Positions 27,741-42,949 are shown, counted from the first letter of the stretch. The stretch: 64,000 nucleotides of DNA from Eledone cirrhosa (GCA_964016885.1 OZ024742.1:155992001-156056000); one strand, 5' to 3'. Made by a program: numbers and translations. The notes: generated by a model from the sequence alone, not told the origin.

Positions 27741-28239
27741 CACTATTGTTTATATTGTTATTACTACTATTATTATATTGTTATTACTACTATTATTATT
27801 GTTCTTCTTCTTATTAATCAATTGAGTGTCTACACTTGAAGTTGCTGGATAGAGGAATATTTAAAAAAACTTAACGGGTGTTATATATTTTTTTCTCCAT
27901 TCATAAGAACGTCACGTACTCAAATTATAACTTTCCTCTACTTGATGAAAACTGTATTCCTTCAGGACTATATAACTCACACATAACACACTCACTACAT
28001 ACGTTACACAGAGAAAATATATCTAGTGTTACTATGTTGTCGAAAATGCAAGATATTAATGAATAGACAATCTCCTGGTGGCTGACGAAACTTGTTTGAC
28101 GACATTCCTCGTATCAATGAGGGTCAAACTGGCAGAAGCTTTAGAGCTTCTGGTAAAATGAATTGCAAAATAATCACCGGATCCTTGTCATCTCTATTCA
28201 AATTTTGTCGATTTATCATCCTCCAGGGGTTGATGAATA

Positions 28240-28430
28240 ATGATTTCTAGTTTCAGCACAAGATCGCCGATTTGTTGGGTAAAGTAGTTTATTATCTCAA
28301 TCCCCAGGACTTGACTATTACTTTATTGTATCGACCCTGGAAGAATGAAAAGCAAAGTTGACATGGGTGGGATTTTAACTAAGAATGTAATGAGTCAGAA
28401 CAAATAAGGCAATTGGATATTATCCGACAC
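28240..28430 (-). mobile_element. diverged SINE (main family)
   Basis: ctttattgtatcgaccctggaagaatgaaaagcaaagttgac core. Confidence 0.65.
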
Positions 28431-31400
28431 ACTTCTATTCCTGAAAATCCACAATCCTTTGAAAAAAAATGTAACTCTATACGGCCGTGGACTAGTGGAC
28501 ATTTTAGCATGTCAGACAGAATCCGACGGGGAATCATAATTGATAGTCATAAGAAATGTTTAACGGTATTTAGAGTTTTATATTTGTGTAAACTTTCCGA
28601 ATTGAGTCTCCGTCAACTTCGATTTTTCCCATATATTTTAAACAGGTATATGATATTGGCGACTATGTATAAAGATGGATATAACTGCACATTTTCTGGT
28701 GAGAGTTGCTACCCTTCTATCTAGTTAGAAAGCAATGTAAGTGTTGTGTGTGCGATATTCGCACGAGAATACACTTAATTTAGGTTTTAATATTCATCTC
28801 TATTTTAAGTTCCTATTTCGCAAGTGTTGCTGTTTCACTCTTCAAGGATGTGTACAAGAACCGATAATATTTTTCAATAATTTGCGGGCTTTCTAGATAC
28901 TAGTTTTAACTGCTACGTATGATGTGGGGATCAACGTTTCTCCGGTTAGAAATAACTGATTTTAACTATATTGGTTTCGAAATGACCGTAAAAAGTTGTG
29001 TTGAAGTGGTGAATATTGTTTTACTAGAGATGGAACATTGCTTGCTATAATGGTGTCAAATCTTTCGTTTAACACTTGGCAGGTCATATTATAGATGCTG
29101 GTTCATGATTGAAGAGCGCTCCTAAACATGAACTACTAGCATGGTGAACTATGTGAGTGAATATACATATCCTTGTAGTTAACGAACATATAATTTAGAT
29201 TTATATACGCTTTGTCTGACAAAGAATATTTGCGTTGGTGCTTGAATGTATGTCTACGTGATTCAGTTACAATTGAATCAAACCGACTTCTAATAAATTT
29301 ATTTAATATTCTCCATCATTTATTGTCTGACAAGGTCTGTGCTTTGGTGTGGAGTCGTCCACGTACACACAAATGATCACGCTCAATATATAAATTTTAA
29401 TCAATTTGTTTCGGATTTGTGTCCGCTGCCTTTCATCAACAAAATTCAACATTATTAAATGAATAGCTTTACCTCAATACGGATGTAAAAATTACATTTA
29501 CAGAGATTAACAGACGGATAATCTCTAACGGCCACATCAGGCATTTTTCGATTATTTGGCGTCCGCCATTAAGATTTTGGTGCAAGAACCCCTAAAAAAG
29601 AAGGAAATCTGGATACCGTGTAGTAAAATATGAGAAACATATTATTTCCTACAACTCAAGCCATACAATGTAACAAAGCTTCTACACAACTGGAAATTAC
29701 TTGGGATTACTCGGAAGGCGTAACTGAGGGTTAAATTGTATAAACGTAGGAGAGGCCCTCTCATCCAAAATATGAGGTTATGTTTTACTGACATTTTGAA
29801 AAGGAATGTATGTAAAAATTATAAAGATTCCGATTACCTTAATATTTATTTTTAAAATCCCATTTTTGCTGATTTCTTTTATTTTAACTTCAAAAACTAA
29901 AACTTAATGATCCAACTTAAATACTTGTATATTTGAAGTTAAAGGCATCAAAGATTCTCTAGCTCAACAGGTACTTTGCAGACACTTATATGTTAAATCA
30001 CACAATAACATCAGCCAGATTTTGTCTGTATTTACTCTCAAATCGTAGCTCCATGAATATGAAATATTATGTTATTCGCAATTAAGTACAAAACGCGTTT
30101 TCATACTGCAATATAATATTACATTATTGAGATTTAACGGTCCATTAATTGGTAAAATGTAATCGGCCAATTTACTTACCGGTGTATTCCTAAATAGTAA
30201 TACAATAAACAGTATAACTAAGTAGATTTGGTGCTCTACCCAATTATCTATTTATTTTCTCTTTCGGAAAATATCACTTATTATAGAGCTAGATATGACA
30301 TTAAAACCATCGAGACTAAATTACAATGGATTAGATTATAAGGTGTGTGTTGAGGCGAATATTTATGTTGGGGAACTGGTAGTCGTATGGAGCTAAAGGG
30401 AACGTGGGAGTGTGGGGATTTGGCACATGATGTTGTCTCAAGGAAGGTTCAAGAATGTGCTTCCCAGATGTGTGAGGCCAATGTATGTGTTTACGTAACG
30501 ATGGAAGTAAAGAATTTAACTTTCTCTAGCTGAGTCGCAATTAAATAGATAGTAATATATTACACTATTTCCTATAAGTCCTGTATAATAAGCATTTACT
30601 AGTATTGACGGTCAGTACATACATCTTTGATGTCCATTTAATGGGATTATGTAGACGCAGATTCCTGATAATATGAAGATCTTACAGAGTAAAGCGTATA
30701 TATTCTTAGTTAAAACAATAAAATTCAATTGTAGTGTTTACGCGTTTAAAATGTTATGAACATTGTACGAGAACAATTATGCATCTAGTTGGTTAGCAAG
30801 TACCTATATTTTGAACCTATGATCATGTAATATACATAATATTTATGAGTTGATATTCAAAAGGATATAACATCACTGTTATATGGGTACAACTTGTACG
30901 TGTATATAACTGAAATTTAAAATGCAATAAATTCCTTTGTAAACCCTTTAAACTTATGTTTCTGGCTATTGTTATAAACAAAATCCACCTTTTATTCTAT
31001 GGCTCGGCTATTAGGAAGTCAGGAATCTATATGTGCTAAACAATTATTAAACTAAAGGAAAGCGTTTACAAAGATCCTAATTTCATTGCATTTTTATGTG
31101 TCTTATAACACATTGCGTTATTGAGAATTTCGTTTATATTCTTATCTTAGTGAAATGACGCCTATGAAATATATTACTGTTCTTCAAATTTGAATACAAG
31201 CGTGGTCTTGGGCGGTAATTACTGCTCTGTCTTCTTTCAAATCAAATAGAATTCCGAGCATCAGAGGTACTTCAGCGTACATATTGCAGCGAATGTGTTA
31301 AGATAAAAGAAAAGTTCCGCATATAGCCATCATTAAATAACGAGCAATACGCTCAGTAAAGTAATTAATAACAACCTCTAATTGAGGGAAGTAAATTAAG

Positions 31401-34400
31401 TTGATTATATTTAAGTGTCTATAATTATGGTGTTCACCAGTGATATGTTAGTGATACCAGCACTGCCGAACGACATAATTACGGACAGCAGTTCAGGCCG
31501 AAATTTATTCGGTAATATCTTCCTGGATACGTATGTATATAATAACGTTAATGTATATATAGGAGAGTAGACTGGCAGAATTTGCTTTGTAAAAGCACCT
31601 CAATTTTAAAGAAATATTGATTGATGAAGTGACCCATACGTATAGAACATTCCCACATATTCTCACAGCAGCTTTCATACAACGTACTTTACAAATTACT
31701 TCTTCCGATTCTTTTTCAGATAAACACTGATTATTTTGTCGTTGTTATTGCAAAGATATCCATATTTATTATTTTAACCAAGAAAATATCAAACTTTCAG
31801 ATTAGTGACATACACGACTGGAAGCCACTACAATATAGATACGTTATTTAGTTATTGTTCTTAAAATGTGGATTATAAATATTAACAACGAAAGATGTTT
31901 AAATGTGTATGAAAATAAAATAAGATAATCATGTTATTCTGATTCTGCAAATCACCGTTGAATATATGTCCTTTGCTGATAGTAGCTACAGCCTATAGGG
32001 GTCGAGTACTTCGTAATTGATGCGTATTGTGTAGTCTCGCGAAAAACGAAAGTTAACGTTCCTCACTAGACAGAACTTAGTGGATATAACTGAATATGCG
32101 AATAATTAGTTTCACTGTTTGTCATTACTGATACCAACGCTTTAGTATTTGAAAATAATGATTCTATTACTAAACCTAATATAATCGATAGACAGATATA
32201 ATTATGTCTTAGTTTCTTGCATTTTGCAATGTCTGTTCTAAGCACAACGCTTTAAACTTCATTTTAAAACTTGATAATTAGAGAATCCTTCACACATCTT
32301 TCAATTTATCACTCTACGAGGCATAAAATATATAAAGAAGTCAAAGTTGTATAGAAGATTGAAGCTACTATAGGACATTACCGACATTTATTTTATCGAT
32401 CTCAAGAGAGATGAATGACAAAATCAATCTAGGAAGTATTCGATCTCAAAACGTAATTAGAGGAAAATCTATACTCAAAGGACTATTGTCAAGCTCTTTA
32501 CATTCATGGCAATCGACCGTTCTGCAGCGACATTATTATACGACCACTAGTTATTTCACTGGTTTACGATATGGTAAAATACAATTTTAATATTCGCTGT
32601 ACATGAAATATTAGTTTTGTTTCTCAGTTTAAACTACGTTATTTAAATGAGAGCAAATAGGGAGTTGAGACATTTTGGCATATTTAAAAAGTAATGAATG
32701 TGTAATGAAATATGTGTATTTGACTAAGACGCTGAAGCTAGTTTCTGTTGTATCTATCACAAAGTATGATGTTGTTCAGCATAATTCATAATACATTCCT
32801 AGAATATTAATTTCGAATATTGTTGCGTGTCAAATCATTTCCGTGAATGGATTTATCGCTATCTAAACAGTGGTACATAGTTTATCGATAGTCGTAGTAA
32901 AATGTACTCAACGAAACGTGCGAACATGAACATGAATGAACCACTGTCGATTAAGACGTTGAGTGTTCTCATTCGATAAACTGAACCGACTTCTCCAGAA
33001 ATTACGTTGTAAATGAATATTTCATAGACAAGTTTAAGATTCAAATCATATTCTGAACTTACACTTTCAGTTACCTTTGAGTTTAGAAGTACACTAACTT
33101 ATTTAACTTGAAGCAAAACTACTCACTTTGGCTATAAGTTTATAATTACATATTTTAAAATGTATTCCTCTTCTGCCTTTTCTACTATTCTATTATTAAC
33201 CACCTATATTCTTTTGATTATCATTATAAGAATTTCGACTCAATAATATTTTTTAAAGTCTCCGGACTTAAATAGAAACTAACTGTTATGTTTGTATTGT
33301 TTCCTCCTTCCATTCACTCTCTAACAACACTTTGTTGTTTACACTTCTTTCTTTAACTCTCTATCTACATACATTTTCCATATATTTTTCTTTCGTTGCC
33401 AAAGCAATTTTACATCTAATTCCCTCATGATCTGACGTGTTCTACTTCAAAAACAAAACTTAATTGCCATTCTGCAAAAATTCTAATTCTCTCTATCTTT
33501 ATGCTCACTCTCTGATATGCTCATGCCATAATAATCTTTTTCATAACATATGAACAATTACTTACTATTTTCTGCGTTACATAGTAGTTGTTTAAATGTT
33601 AACTGATGCTATGAACATATATGTATTTCTTTCAATATATATATTATATGTAGAGAAAACCAAGACAAATCTTCTGTGTATTCTTACACAGATGTGCTCA
33701 ACATTTTGAAAACAACTGTAACATTGTTGCTTTAATTTTTATGTAATGGTTATTAATTTATACATTTAAAAGTGACCCTAAGAGTAGGAATTATTTCGAG
33801 AATTACACACGTGTGGCACTGGTGTTTATTACTTCATACATCAGCGTAGGATATTTGAAAAATATAATTATACATATATTTGTAGCCAATGGAGACCTAG
33901 AATGAATAATGTGAAGAATATTGGGATTTTATATGGAATCTTTTCAAACATTACTTTTTTTTTCAGCTTTAGATTCTATGTTTGTATTCGAATGTTCCAG
34001 TGATTTTAGAGGCAAGTTGAAAGTGTGAGGGAATTTGCAATAATTAATTTAGAATATAACAATGAAAGTAATTAATTTAAAGAATTCCGCAAATATGCAC
34101 ACACCTGGTAGATTTATGCAATTCTTTTGAAGTCTAAATTTTACGCTAAGAGATCTCTTTTATTAATCATCAACAAATTATAGAAATGTTTCAAGAACGT
34201 AATAGAATTTGATTTTAAACATCACGTGTGTGAATACGCTTGTACATAAATACACACATACACATAAGCATACACACAGATGCGTATGAATATATGTGCG
34301 TCGGAATGTCTACTGAGGCGTGAGTGCATTAGTTTTTAGTCAGATTTCCATCTGCTTTACAATGTTTTCTATTAAGACACATGATTAATCACACACTTAC

Positions 34401-34445
34401 AGTAACACAAGAAATGCTCACCTAAAGAAACAAGGAAGCACACAG

Positions 34446-34495
<50 letters not shown>

Positions 34496-34572
34496 TATAT
34501 ATATATATATGAACCGTGTGTATGTGTGTGTGTGTGTGTGGTTGTGTGTGTGTGTGTGTGTGTATGTATGTA

Positions 34573-34605
<33 letters not shown>

Positions 34606-34607
34606 AC

Positions 34608-34682
<75 letters not shown>

Positions 34683-34697
34683 TGTATGTATGCATAT

Positions 34698-35728
34698 CGT
34701 GGGCGGGTAAAATTCCCGGGATCCATGAACGAGTTCTCTGCAGCGGTCTCTCTCCCTCATCATCGCTGCCATGTCATGCGTCTCCAACAGATCAGTGTAT
34801 GTATTTAGGCCATCAACATATGTTAACTTCAGTTTTCCTCTTCCAGTGTGTCCATTCGGGTGCTCCCAAAGGAGCACTGAGTGCAGTGTCAATTCTGGAT
34901 GTCGGTGAGCATGTCCAGCTAACCTCAATCTCCTCTGTGCTATCTCGAGCTGACTTTTGGGAGGCTCCCGTACAGCTCTGATTTCTTTATCCTCAGTGTA
35001 TTCTGATTAATGTTCAGAACCATCCTCAGCATTCTCGTGTAGCACCCATCCACCATCTGAGTGAGTTACTTGGTCCATCTCCAAGTCTCAGACCCGCACA
35101 GCAGCACGGACTCCACTACAGCAACAAAGAAACGGATCTTCAGGTCTTTACGAAGGTCCGACTTCCACACCGATCTCAAGCTGTGGCACGCCGCCCAAGC
35201 TTTGTTCTTCCTCTCGACCACATGAACTTCCGTATTCCCAATCGTTGCTCCCAAATACAGGAACTCCTCAACCAATTCTAGCGGCTTTAATAATAAACAT
35301 ACATTAATAATCTTCTCTGGCTTCTTAATATTCTATACCAGATATTTTGTCTTAATCACATTCATTCTGAGCCCCACACCCAGCGACACAGTCCCACCTC
35401 CTGAATCAAATCCTCTGCCTGCTTCACTATGTTTGTCACCAAAATTATATCGTCGGAAAATTCAGCATCCGATATATTTTTGCCTTAACTCTCCTGCTCT
35501 GAGCCGGTGTTACCGTAAAGCCAGAGTCCCGGTGTTTCTCCAGCGCAAGGCGGATTCAATAGTCCACTACGATGATAAAAAGGTAGGGAGCCAATGTATG
35601 TCCCTGGAGCACTCCAGCTAATATCTCAAAGAACTCTGTCATCCCATCATGTGTAGTGACTTGGGCTTTGGTGTTGGTGTAGAGCAGTGATATCAGGTCC
35701 ACTAGCTTCTTGGGGATTCCATAACCCT
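34698..35728 (-). mobile_element. second, more degraded copy of the RTE/RTEX family including its 3' end
   Basis: Colinear with 18905-19715 ([37 protein letters not shown]). Confidence 0.92.
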
Positions 35729-35900
35729 TCATTCACATAGGAGCTTCAAGTTTATCCCGGGTTCAATCGGGGGTAACCACAGTAACTAAGGTACTCAATA
35801 TAAAACAGAGTATAAATATGTAATGTAGAAAGGCTTCTACAGGACTAGAACGTTCACTCCTATGTTTATATATATATATATATATATATAAAGTTAGTCC

Positions 35901-35966
35901 TTCATCAGTGATCTTCCAACCATCATTGGTATTTCATCGCTTTAAAGACCATATACCTCTGGTTGA
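35901..35966 (-). ncRNA. candidate permuted hammerhead-like ribozyme (copy 3)
   Basis: UCAACC-AGA-GGUA-UA-UGGUCUUU-AAAGCGAU-GAAA-UACC-AAUGAU-GGUUGG-AAGAUCA-CUGAUGA-A. Confidence 0.6.
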
Positions 35967-36525
35967 TGCGAGCAACGGCTAAAAAAAGTCGTTGGGACAC
36001 GTAAATAAAGGGGACACGAGAGCGTAAATAAACAACGATGGTGAAGCAACGAAAAATGAGGAAGAGAGAGTCAAGTCCCAAATTTCCATGAATATAAGTT
36101 CGGTGAAATCGTGAACGAGAGAGAATAAAGACCATCAAACCTGGTTGGAATGTGAGCAAGGAAGGAACTCCGTACAGGTCTAACGGGAGGAAGAAGGAAT
36201 CTAGTCTATGAATTCGGTGAACATAAGTTCTGTGAAATCGTAGACAAGAGAGAGAAAAAAAGCGAACCTGCCTGACCAAGGGTGAGAAAGAAACGAATTA
36301 CGCACAGGTCAAACGGGAAGAAGGAGGAGGAGGAGGGGTAGTGACAGAGAGTGAGTGAGTGAAGGGTGAGGAAGAGAATAACAGAGAGAGTGACTGTTAG
36401 AGAGGGTAAAGATACAGAGAAAGAGGAAGCAGTAAGAACGAAATAGACGGGTCACCGCGGGGGAAAATTATGTTTAAATATGAGAATAAACGTGCTGCGT
36501 GGTTACATATGAATAAAGTTAGTCC

Positions 36526-36591
36526 TTCATCAGTGATCTTCCAACCATCATTGGTATTTCATCGCTTTAAAGAACATATACATCCGGTTGG
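36526..36591 (-). ncRNA. candidate permuted hammerhead-like ribozyme (copy 4, two helix mismatches)
   Basis: As copy 3 but with UGUA and UGUUCUUU. Confidence 0.5.
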
Positions 36592-37018
36592 TGCGAGCAG
36601 CGGCTAAAAAAAGTCGTTGGGACACGTAAATAAAGGGGACACGAGCGTGTAAACAAACAAAGATGGTGAAGCAACGAAAAGTGAGGAAGAAAGAGTCAAG
36701 TCCCAAATTTCCATGAATATAAGTTCGGTGAAATCGTGAACGAGAGAGAATAAAGACCATCAAACCTGGATGGAATGTGAGCAAGGAAGGAATTCCGTAC
36801 AGGTGTAAATGGAGGAAGAAGGAATCTAGTCTGTGAAATCGGTGAACATAAGTTATGTGAAATCGTAGACGAGAGATTTCACCGAACTTATATTCATGGA
36901 AATTTGGGACTTGACTCTTTTTTCCTCACTTTTCGTTGCTTCACCATCTTTGTTTGTTTACATTCTCGTGTCCCCTTTATTTGCGTGTCCCAATCACTTT
37001 ATTTAGCCGTTGCTGACA

Positions 37019-37084
37019 CCAACCGGAGGTATATGGTCTTTAAAGCGATGAAATACCAATGATGGTTGGAAGATCACTGATGAA
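37019..37084 (+). ncRNA. candidate permuted hammerhead-like ribozyme (copy 5)
   Basis: CCAACC-GGA-GGUA-UA-UGGUCUUU-AAAGCGAU-GAAA-UACC-AAUGAU-GGUUGG-AAGAUCA-CUGAUGA-A. Confidence 0.6.
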
Positions 37085-37139
37085 GGACTAACTTTATTCA
37101 TATGTAACCCATTAGCAACCACGCAGCACGTTTATTCTC

Positions 37140-37217
<78 letters not shown>

Positions 37218-37556
37218 ATAGGAGAGAACATGCCAATGAAACAAAATAAGTCAAAACATCTTTTTAAAGGTAAACATTGAAAAAATATATTTTAAAAATA
37301 AAAATACAAACGAGAGACAAAGAATTCCAGGGCCATTGGCCGTTGAGATGGACTTTGGTAGTGTTGACCCCTACTAATGGTAATGCGGGTCCAACGGGTT
37401 CACAATGTCCAGAACAAGCAAACACCCTGTCCACCGAGTAAGAGATGAGACAAAACAATATTTTATAGCAGTTAAGCTATAACATGTATACATAGAATTT
37501 ATGTGACGTCAAGGAAAATGTAGTGAGCCATATACACACACACACCCACTTAGAAG

Positions 37557-37701
<145 letters not shown>

Positions 37702-37813
37702 GCGAAAAGCTTCTAAAGGAGTAGAACTCTTTCATTCCTGAGAAATCATCATTCTCTGTAATGTATTAAGTACTTTACTTACTGGGGTTACCCCGATTAA
37801 ACTCGGAACAACT

Positions 37814-38515
<702 letters not shown>

Positions 38516-38524
38516 ATATATATA

Positions 38525-40300
38525 TAATATGGTAGTTCTCGATGTGAGCAATAGTGATGTAGTGCTTTTAGACTGGTGGCTATCTACGCTCCGGCTGGGG
38601 CAGGATAGAACTATTTTTTCAGGCGCCTGGAAGCCTTTTTAGGGAAATCTCACTCTTTGATGACTGGAACATCATCTTAGATGCACGCTGATTCTGAGTA
38701 GGTATAACTGAGAGAAGTGAGGATGGGTAAATATATGAAAAACCGGATTAGGCAGTTACAATTGTCAGATAAATGCGAAACACTTTTCCCGTATGGACCA
38801 GTGTGGATCTGTATCAATCGCATAGGCTCATCTAGTTCGCATTTAGATAGGGTCTTGATTTGATTAGCTGATAATTATAACATTGAGTGTCAACAACACC
38901 AAACGCTCACCGAAACAAACAGCAAATTCGTGATATCTCTTGTCTGCCCGATAAAACACCTAATCAAACACACGGTTATTGGAATCTTAACGCATTGTTA
39001 CTTGCGTTGAAAGCCTATAGTGACTGAATTAGTGAACTATTTAAGCGCACCTACATGGGAGCAATTGTCAACAACAAATAGAGATTTGGCCTGAGAAGAG
39101 GGATTAGAGTAGAATCGACAGGGCTTAGTGAAGCTGCTGCAATAGGAAAGAAAATAGGTTAAAGAGAGAGCTAGTAAGTAAAAAAAATAGGTGAGGCAAA
39201 TAGCTAAGGCATCCTAGTCGGCGTACCTACGGCGAGATTGGCCCTGAACCCATTTTTCAATGCTAGGCACAAATGTTGAATTTTCAGAGCTAAGGCGAAT
39301 GCTCTCAGACACGAAGGGAGGAAAGCCGTCTCATGTGCAAGAGTGAAAATGTAATCTTTGGCGCACCACGACGGGCGCATATTATTCGATCTTAATTCGA
39401 TGTTTGTGACTTTTCAGCAGCACTTCAATAAAATATTCAGAATGGACTTCAGCAATGGAGGTGGAGTGTTGTGAAAAATAGATAACAGCCACTGAAATAC
39501 AGGAGGAAACCTACCTGATTTAGATTATATGCTCTACGAACCTTATGTTTATATGCCGGATATGTTCGATGATTTATTGGCAGACCTCTACGGTGACAGG
39601 CAGACAGAACTAGAGAATTCCCAGTTGTGTAAATCGAGGAGAGTAGACACTGCTCAGAAAGACACGATCAAAGGAGATGTTATTCAGAATTTGTTGCCCT
39701 TAACTGTTCCAAATGAAGATATCATAATTGCTGTCAATGTGTTAGCGACGAGGTTGGCTTTGGTGGAACGGCAACAGCGGAGAAGTCATGTGTCATTCCG
39801 AAGAGATCCACCCACGAAAACCTACACCATATTGAGAATGGCTAAGGAACATGGCACAGGCAATAACAAACATTCCAAAGGATCTACCTTCAGTAGATTG
39901 GTGCGTCCATCAAAGCAGCCGGTTTTGGGCCCATTTAGCGGATGGACAGTGGCTCTGCCCATCGACATATGCTCAGTGGCATGAGTGAAAAATCACTTCT
40001 CGGAACTATTCAGAATCATGCACTCCATCCGCCAAGGTTGTCTTCTTTCGTCTGTGTTGTGTGTAATGACTTTCGAGGTACACAAATTGAAAGAAAAAAT
40101 GAAATGGTATCAAGCGGGGTGGCCACTTTCACACCAAGAACCGCACTGAGAGAAAGTTATCTCTGAAGTATCGTACAGAGGTGCCAAACAAGTACATCTC
40201 CTTGGTTGGGCTGCAGTCATGAGTCAAGTGGAGACCGAGAGTGAGAGTTTCAAGTTCTATGTCTATCGGAATCTACGTTCGGTGAAAACTGCCTTTCAGC
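38525..40300 (+). mobile_element. heavily degraded Tx1/L1-like LINE (endonuclease and RT remnants)
   Basis: FRLVAIYAP, SHLDRVL, LYEPYVYMPDMF, LLPLTVPNED..LATRL; 39020-39330 is homologous to 40995-41300. Confidence 0.65.
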
Positions 40301-40588
40301 ATTCTATAGAGGGCTAGTGGCGGATAAAATTGACGAATTTCTTCAGGAAAATCTGGTCATCGACATCGAATGGAACCATTCTCAATGTGCTCCTGTAGAT
40401 GGGATGAGACAATTGAGAGAAGACAATTGTCCTTAAGATCAGGTCACCGGTCATTTTTCTTTCCCCATTAGCAACCCTCGAACTGCTCCCCCAATTGTTA
40501 AAGTTATTTATTATTATCTTGCTTCTATTAATGTTGAAAATGTATTCATCGACACAGGCAGACAGACACAGACACAGACACATATATA

Positions 40589-40635
<47 letters not shown>

Positions 40636-40789
40636 ACACACACACACACAGACATACACACGTACACACACCCACACAAACACACACACATATACACTCT
40701 TTTTTTCTTCCTGTATCGTTATAATCTTTTCCTAGTGTATCGTTATAATATTTTCTTAGTGAATAAAGAAATCATCATAGCCATCATCA

Positions 40790-40970
40790 GTATTGGATTG
40801 GCAGTATCGGTAGAGGGTCGGACGCCATGCTTTCCAGCATAGTTACGTCCCTTTACGATCTGAGTTCAAATCCCGCCGAGGTTGACTTGGCCTTTCATCC
40901 TTACGGGGTCGATATAATAAAGTACCAGTAATGCACTATTTAATTGCTGGCCTTGAGCAGTAGATACAAT
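40790..40970 (+). mobile_element. tRNA-type SINE (main family)
   Basis: tggcagtatcggtagag...gagttcaaatccc...cctttcatccttacggggtcgata, (TTA)n tail. Confidence 0.85.
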
Positions 40971-40994
40971 TATTATTATTATTATTATTATAAT

Positions 40995-42372
40995 ACAGAG
41001 ACCGGATTAGCGAACTAGTTAAGCGGGCTTTGACGGGGCCCATCGTCAACAACAAGTAGTGGTCTGCGCTGAAAAGAGCGATTAGAATAGAGACCATAAG
41101 GTTTAGTAAAACTTTAGCAATAGAGAAAAAATAGAGCACAGGCAGAACTAGTTAGAAAATAAGACGAGGCGCTTAGCAAAGATATCGCGACCTACGTACT
41201 TGCGGCGAAATTGGCCCTTGACCAATTCTTCAATGCAAAGCACGAAGGCTGCGTTGTCAGAGCTAAGATGCGTGCTCTCAAACACGAGTGGACGAAAGCT
41301 TTTCAATTGGCCCAGGTGTGGTCGCCGTGTGGTAGACGCGTCTTTCCCCAGCTTGTCTCCTTGGCGGAGCTGCAGTCCTGGGTCAAGCGAAGACCGAGAG
41401 GGAGCGCTTGGAGACTGGAATGTTTTCAGGCGCTCACGGCACTCGGGCAATGTGATCGGTGGAAACTCCACCTTGGCGTTCTATAGAGGATTAGTGGGGG
41501 GGGGGGGATCGACGACATACTTGGGGAAACTCTAGGCGTCGACGAAAATCAACTAGCCAACTTCTTCGGAAGGACTTTCGGGGCGGGGCCTATGGTTATT
41601 TCCAGAAAGCTCTAGCCTGGCAGTGCTACTGAGGAGCTTTGTCAGTTCGGGATAAACTCTACAGGCACAGAAGTGCCATCAGCCGGGCATTTCCAAGATG
41701 CACGCAGGGTGACAAAAACGTCCTGCACGCACTCATCCAGTGTCCGAGCATTGCTGACTTGTGGGATTACGTCGAACACCTGCTGTCGCGTGTAGAACGG
41801 ATCCGGCTATCGGCTGAGTCCATCGTGAGGATTGCCCCGCCCTCTTCCTTTAGCTGGGAAGGGCAGGCAGTTTTTATCTGTCTGGTGGTCATGGCGAAAG
41901 TGATAGTATGGTGGACGCGTCTGAAAGGGCTGAAGACGAGCACCTACCTGTTCGGTGATGCTCTGATTAACTTTTTCAAATTTCATTTAAAAAGGAAAAT
42001 CAGGGTAGAGAGGGAAGTGCTCTCCTCCCAGCATGTTTTTGAAATATGGGTGAGAGAGGCAAGAATGGCCCGTGTGAATGGGTCTACTCTGAGTATGTGC
42101 CTGTATATTGAAAGTGGAGAACTGATAGAGGGCACTTGCCCTTATTGTCAGCTTCATCGTGGCTTTTTTACTGGGCTTTCTCCACGAATGTCCCTCGGAA
42201 ATTTCCCCCCTATTGTGGAACTTTTCATTGTTTATTTTTTGGTAACATCCACTGTTTTTGTTTTTCACACGCAGAAATGCCCATTTGTACCATCCTGTAT
42301 TGTCCTGTACTGTCCTTAATGTCTACTTTGTGTAAACCCTTGTGGTTAATAAAGAAAGCTTTATTATTATTA
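40995..42372 (+). mobile_element. internally deleted Tx1/L1-like LINE with C-terminal zinc-finger region and 3' end
   Basis: ORF 41639-42319 LSVRDKL..FPRC..VLHALIQCP..LW (zf-RVT-like); aataaa at ~42348 followed by (TTA)n. Confidence 0.8.
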
Positions 42373-42374
42373 TA

Positions 42375-42750
42375 TGCCTTTGCCATTCTGATGTCAAATC
42401 CCGCCGTGGTTAACTTTGCCTTTCATCCTTACGGGGTCAATAAAATAAAGTACCAGTAATGTACTGGGTAATTGCTGGCCTTGTACCAAAAGTAGAAACA
42501 ATTATTATTATTGTTTTTGTTAATGCGGTGGATTAGCAGCATCGGTAGAGCACCGGAACCATGCTTCGCAGCATAGAGTTACGGCCCTTTAAGCCCTGAG
42601 TTCAAATCCCACCTAGGTTAATTTGCCTTTCTTTGTTACGGGGTCGATAAAATAACGAACCATTAGTGGAAGGGAAAGTCGATTAAATCGACATCGACTT
42701 TCCCTTCCACCAAATTGCTGGGCTGGGGCCTGTAGTAGAAATCATTATTG
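42375..42750 (+). mobile_element. two tandem SINE copies (5'-truncated 42375-42510, full 42522-42750)
   Basis: Family core and tail present twice. Confidence 0.8.
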
Positions 42751-42949
42751 TTCATGTTGTTGTTGCTGTTGCTGTTGTTTTTTGTATTCCATGATTCACA
42801 AAAAGTATATTTGGATATTTCTCCTTACGTTCGAATAACAGACGTTTGAATCAACGTTATTAATCTTTGTCTTTCAGGAATCTTTCCATTATGTTGCTTA
42901 TCGCATCTAAAGGAACAATACCCATTTGCTGACACATTCCACAATCTCT

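Larger units (their letters stand above)
35890..37142. mobile_element. family A retrozyme-like element: ~1.6 tandem 625 bp units on the minus strand plus an inverted segment
   Basis: 35891-36250 repeats at 36516-36875; 36876-37142 is an inverted copy; (TA)n on both sides; homologous to 13691-14430. Confidence 0.8.

Noticed and set aside
28065-28155. Small hairpin cluster or possible exon between AG and GT
   Set aside because: Weak splice context, no recognisable product, single copy
35923-36784. Duplicated 118 aa and 78 aa ORFs in family A
   Set aside because: No recognisable domain, and the frame is not evidently preserved in the 13.7 kb subfamily
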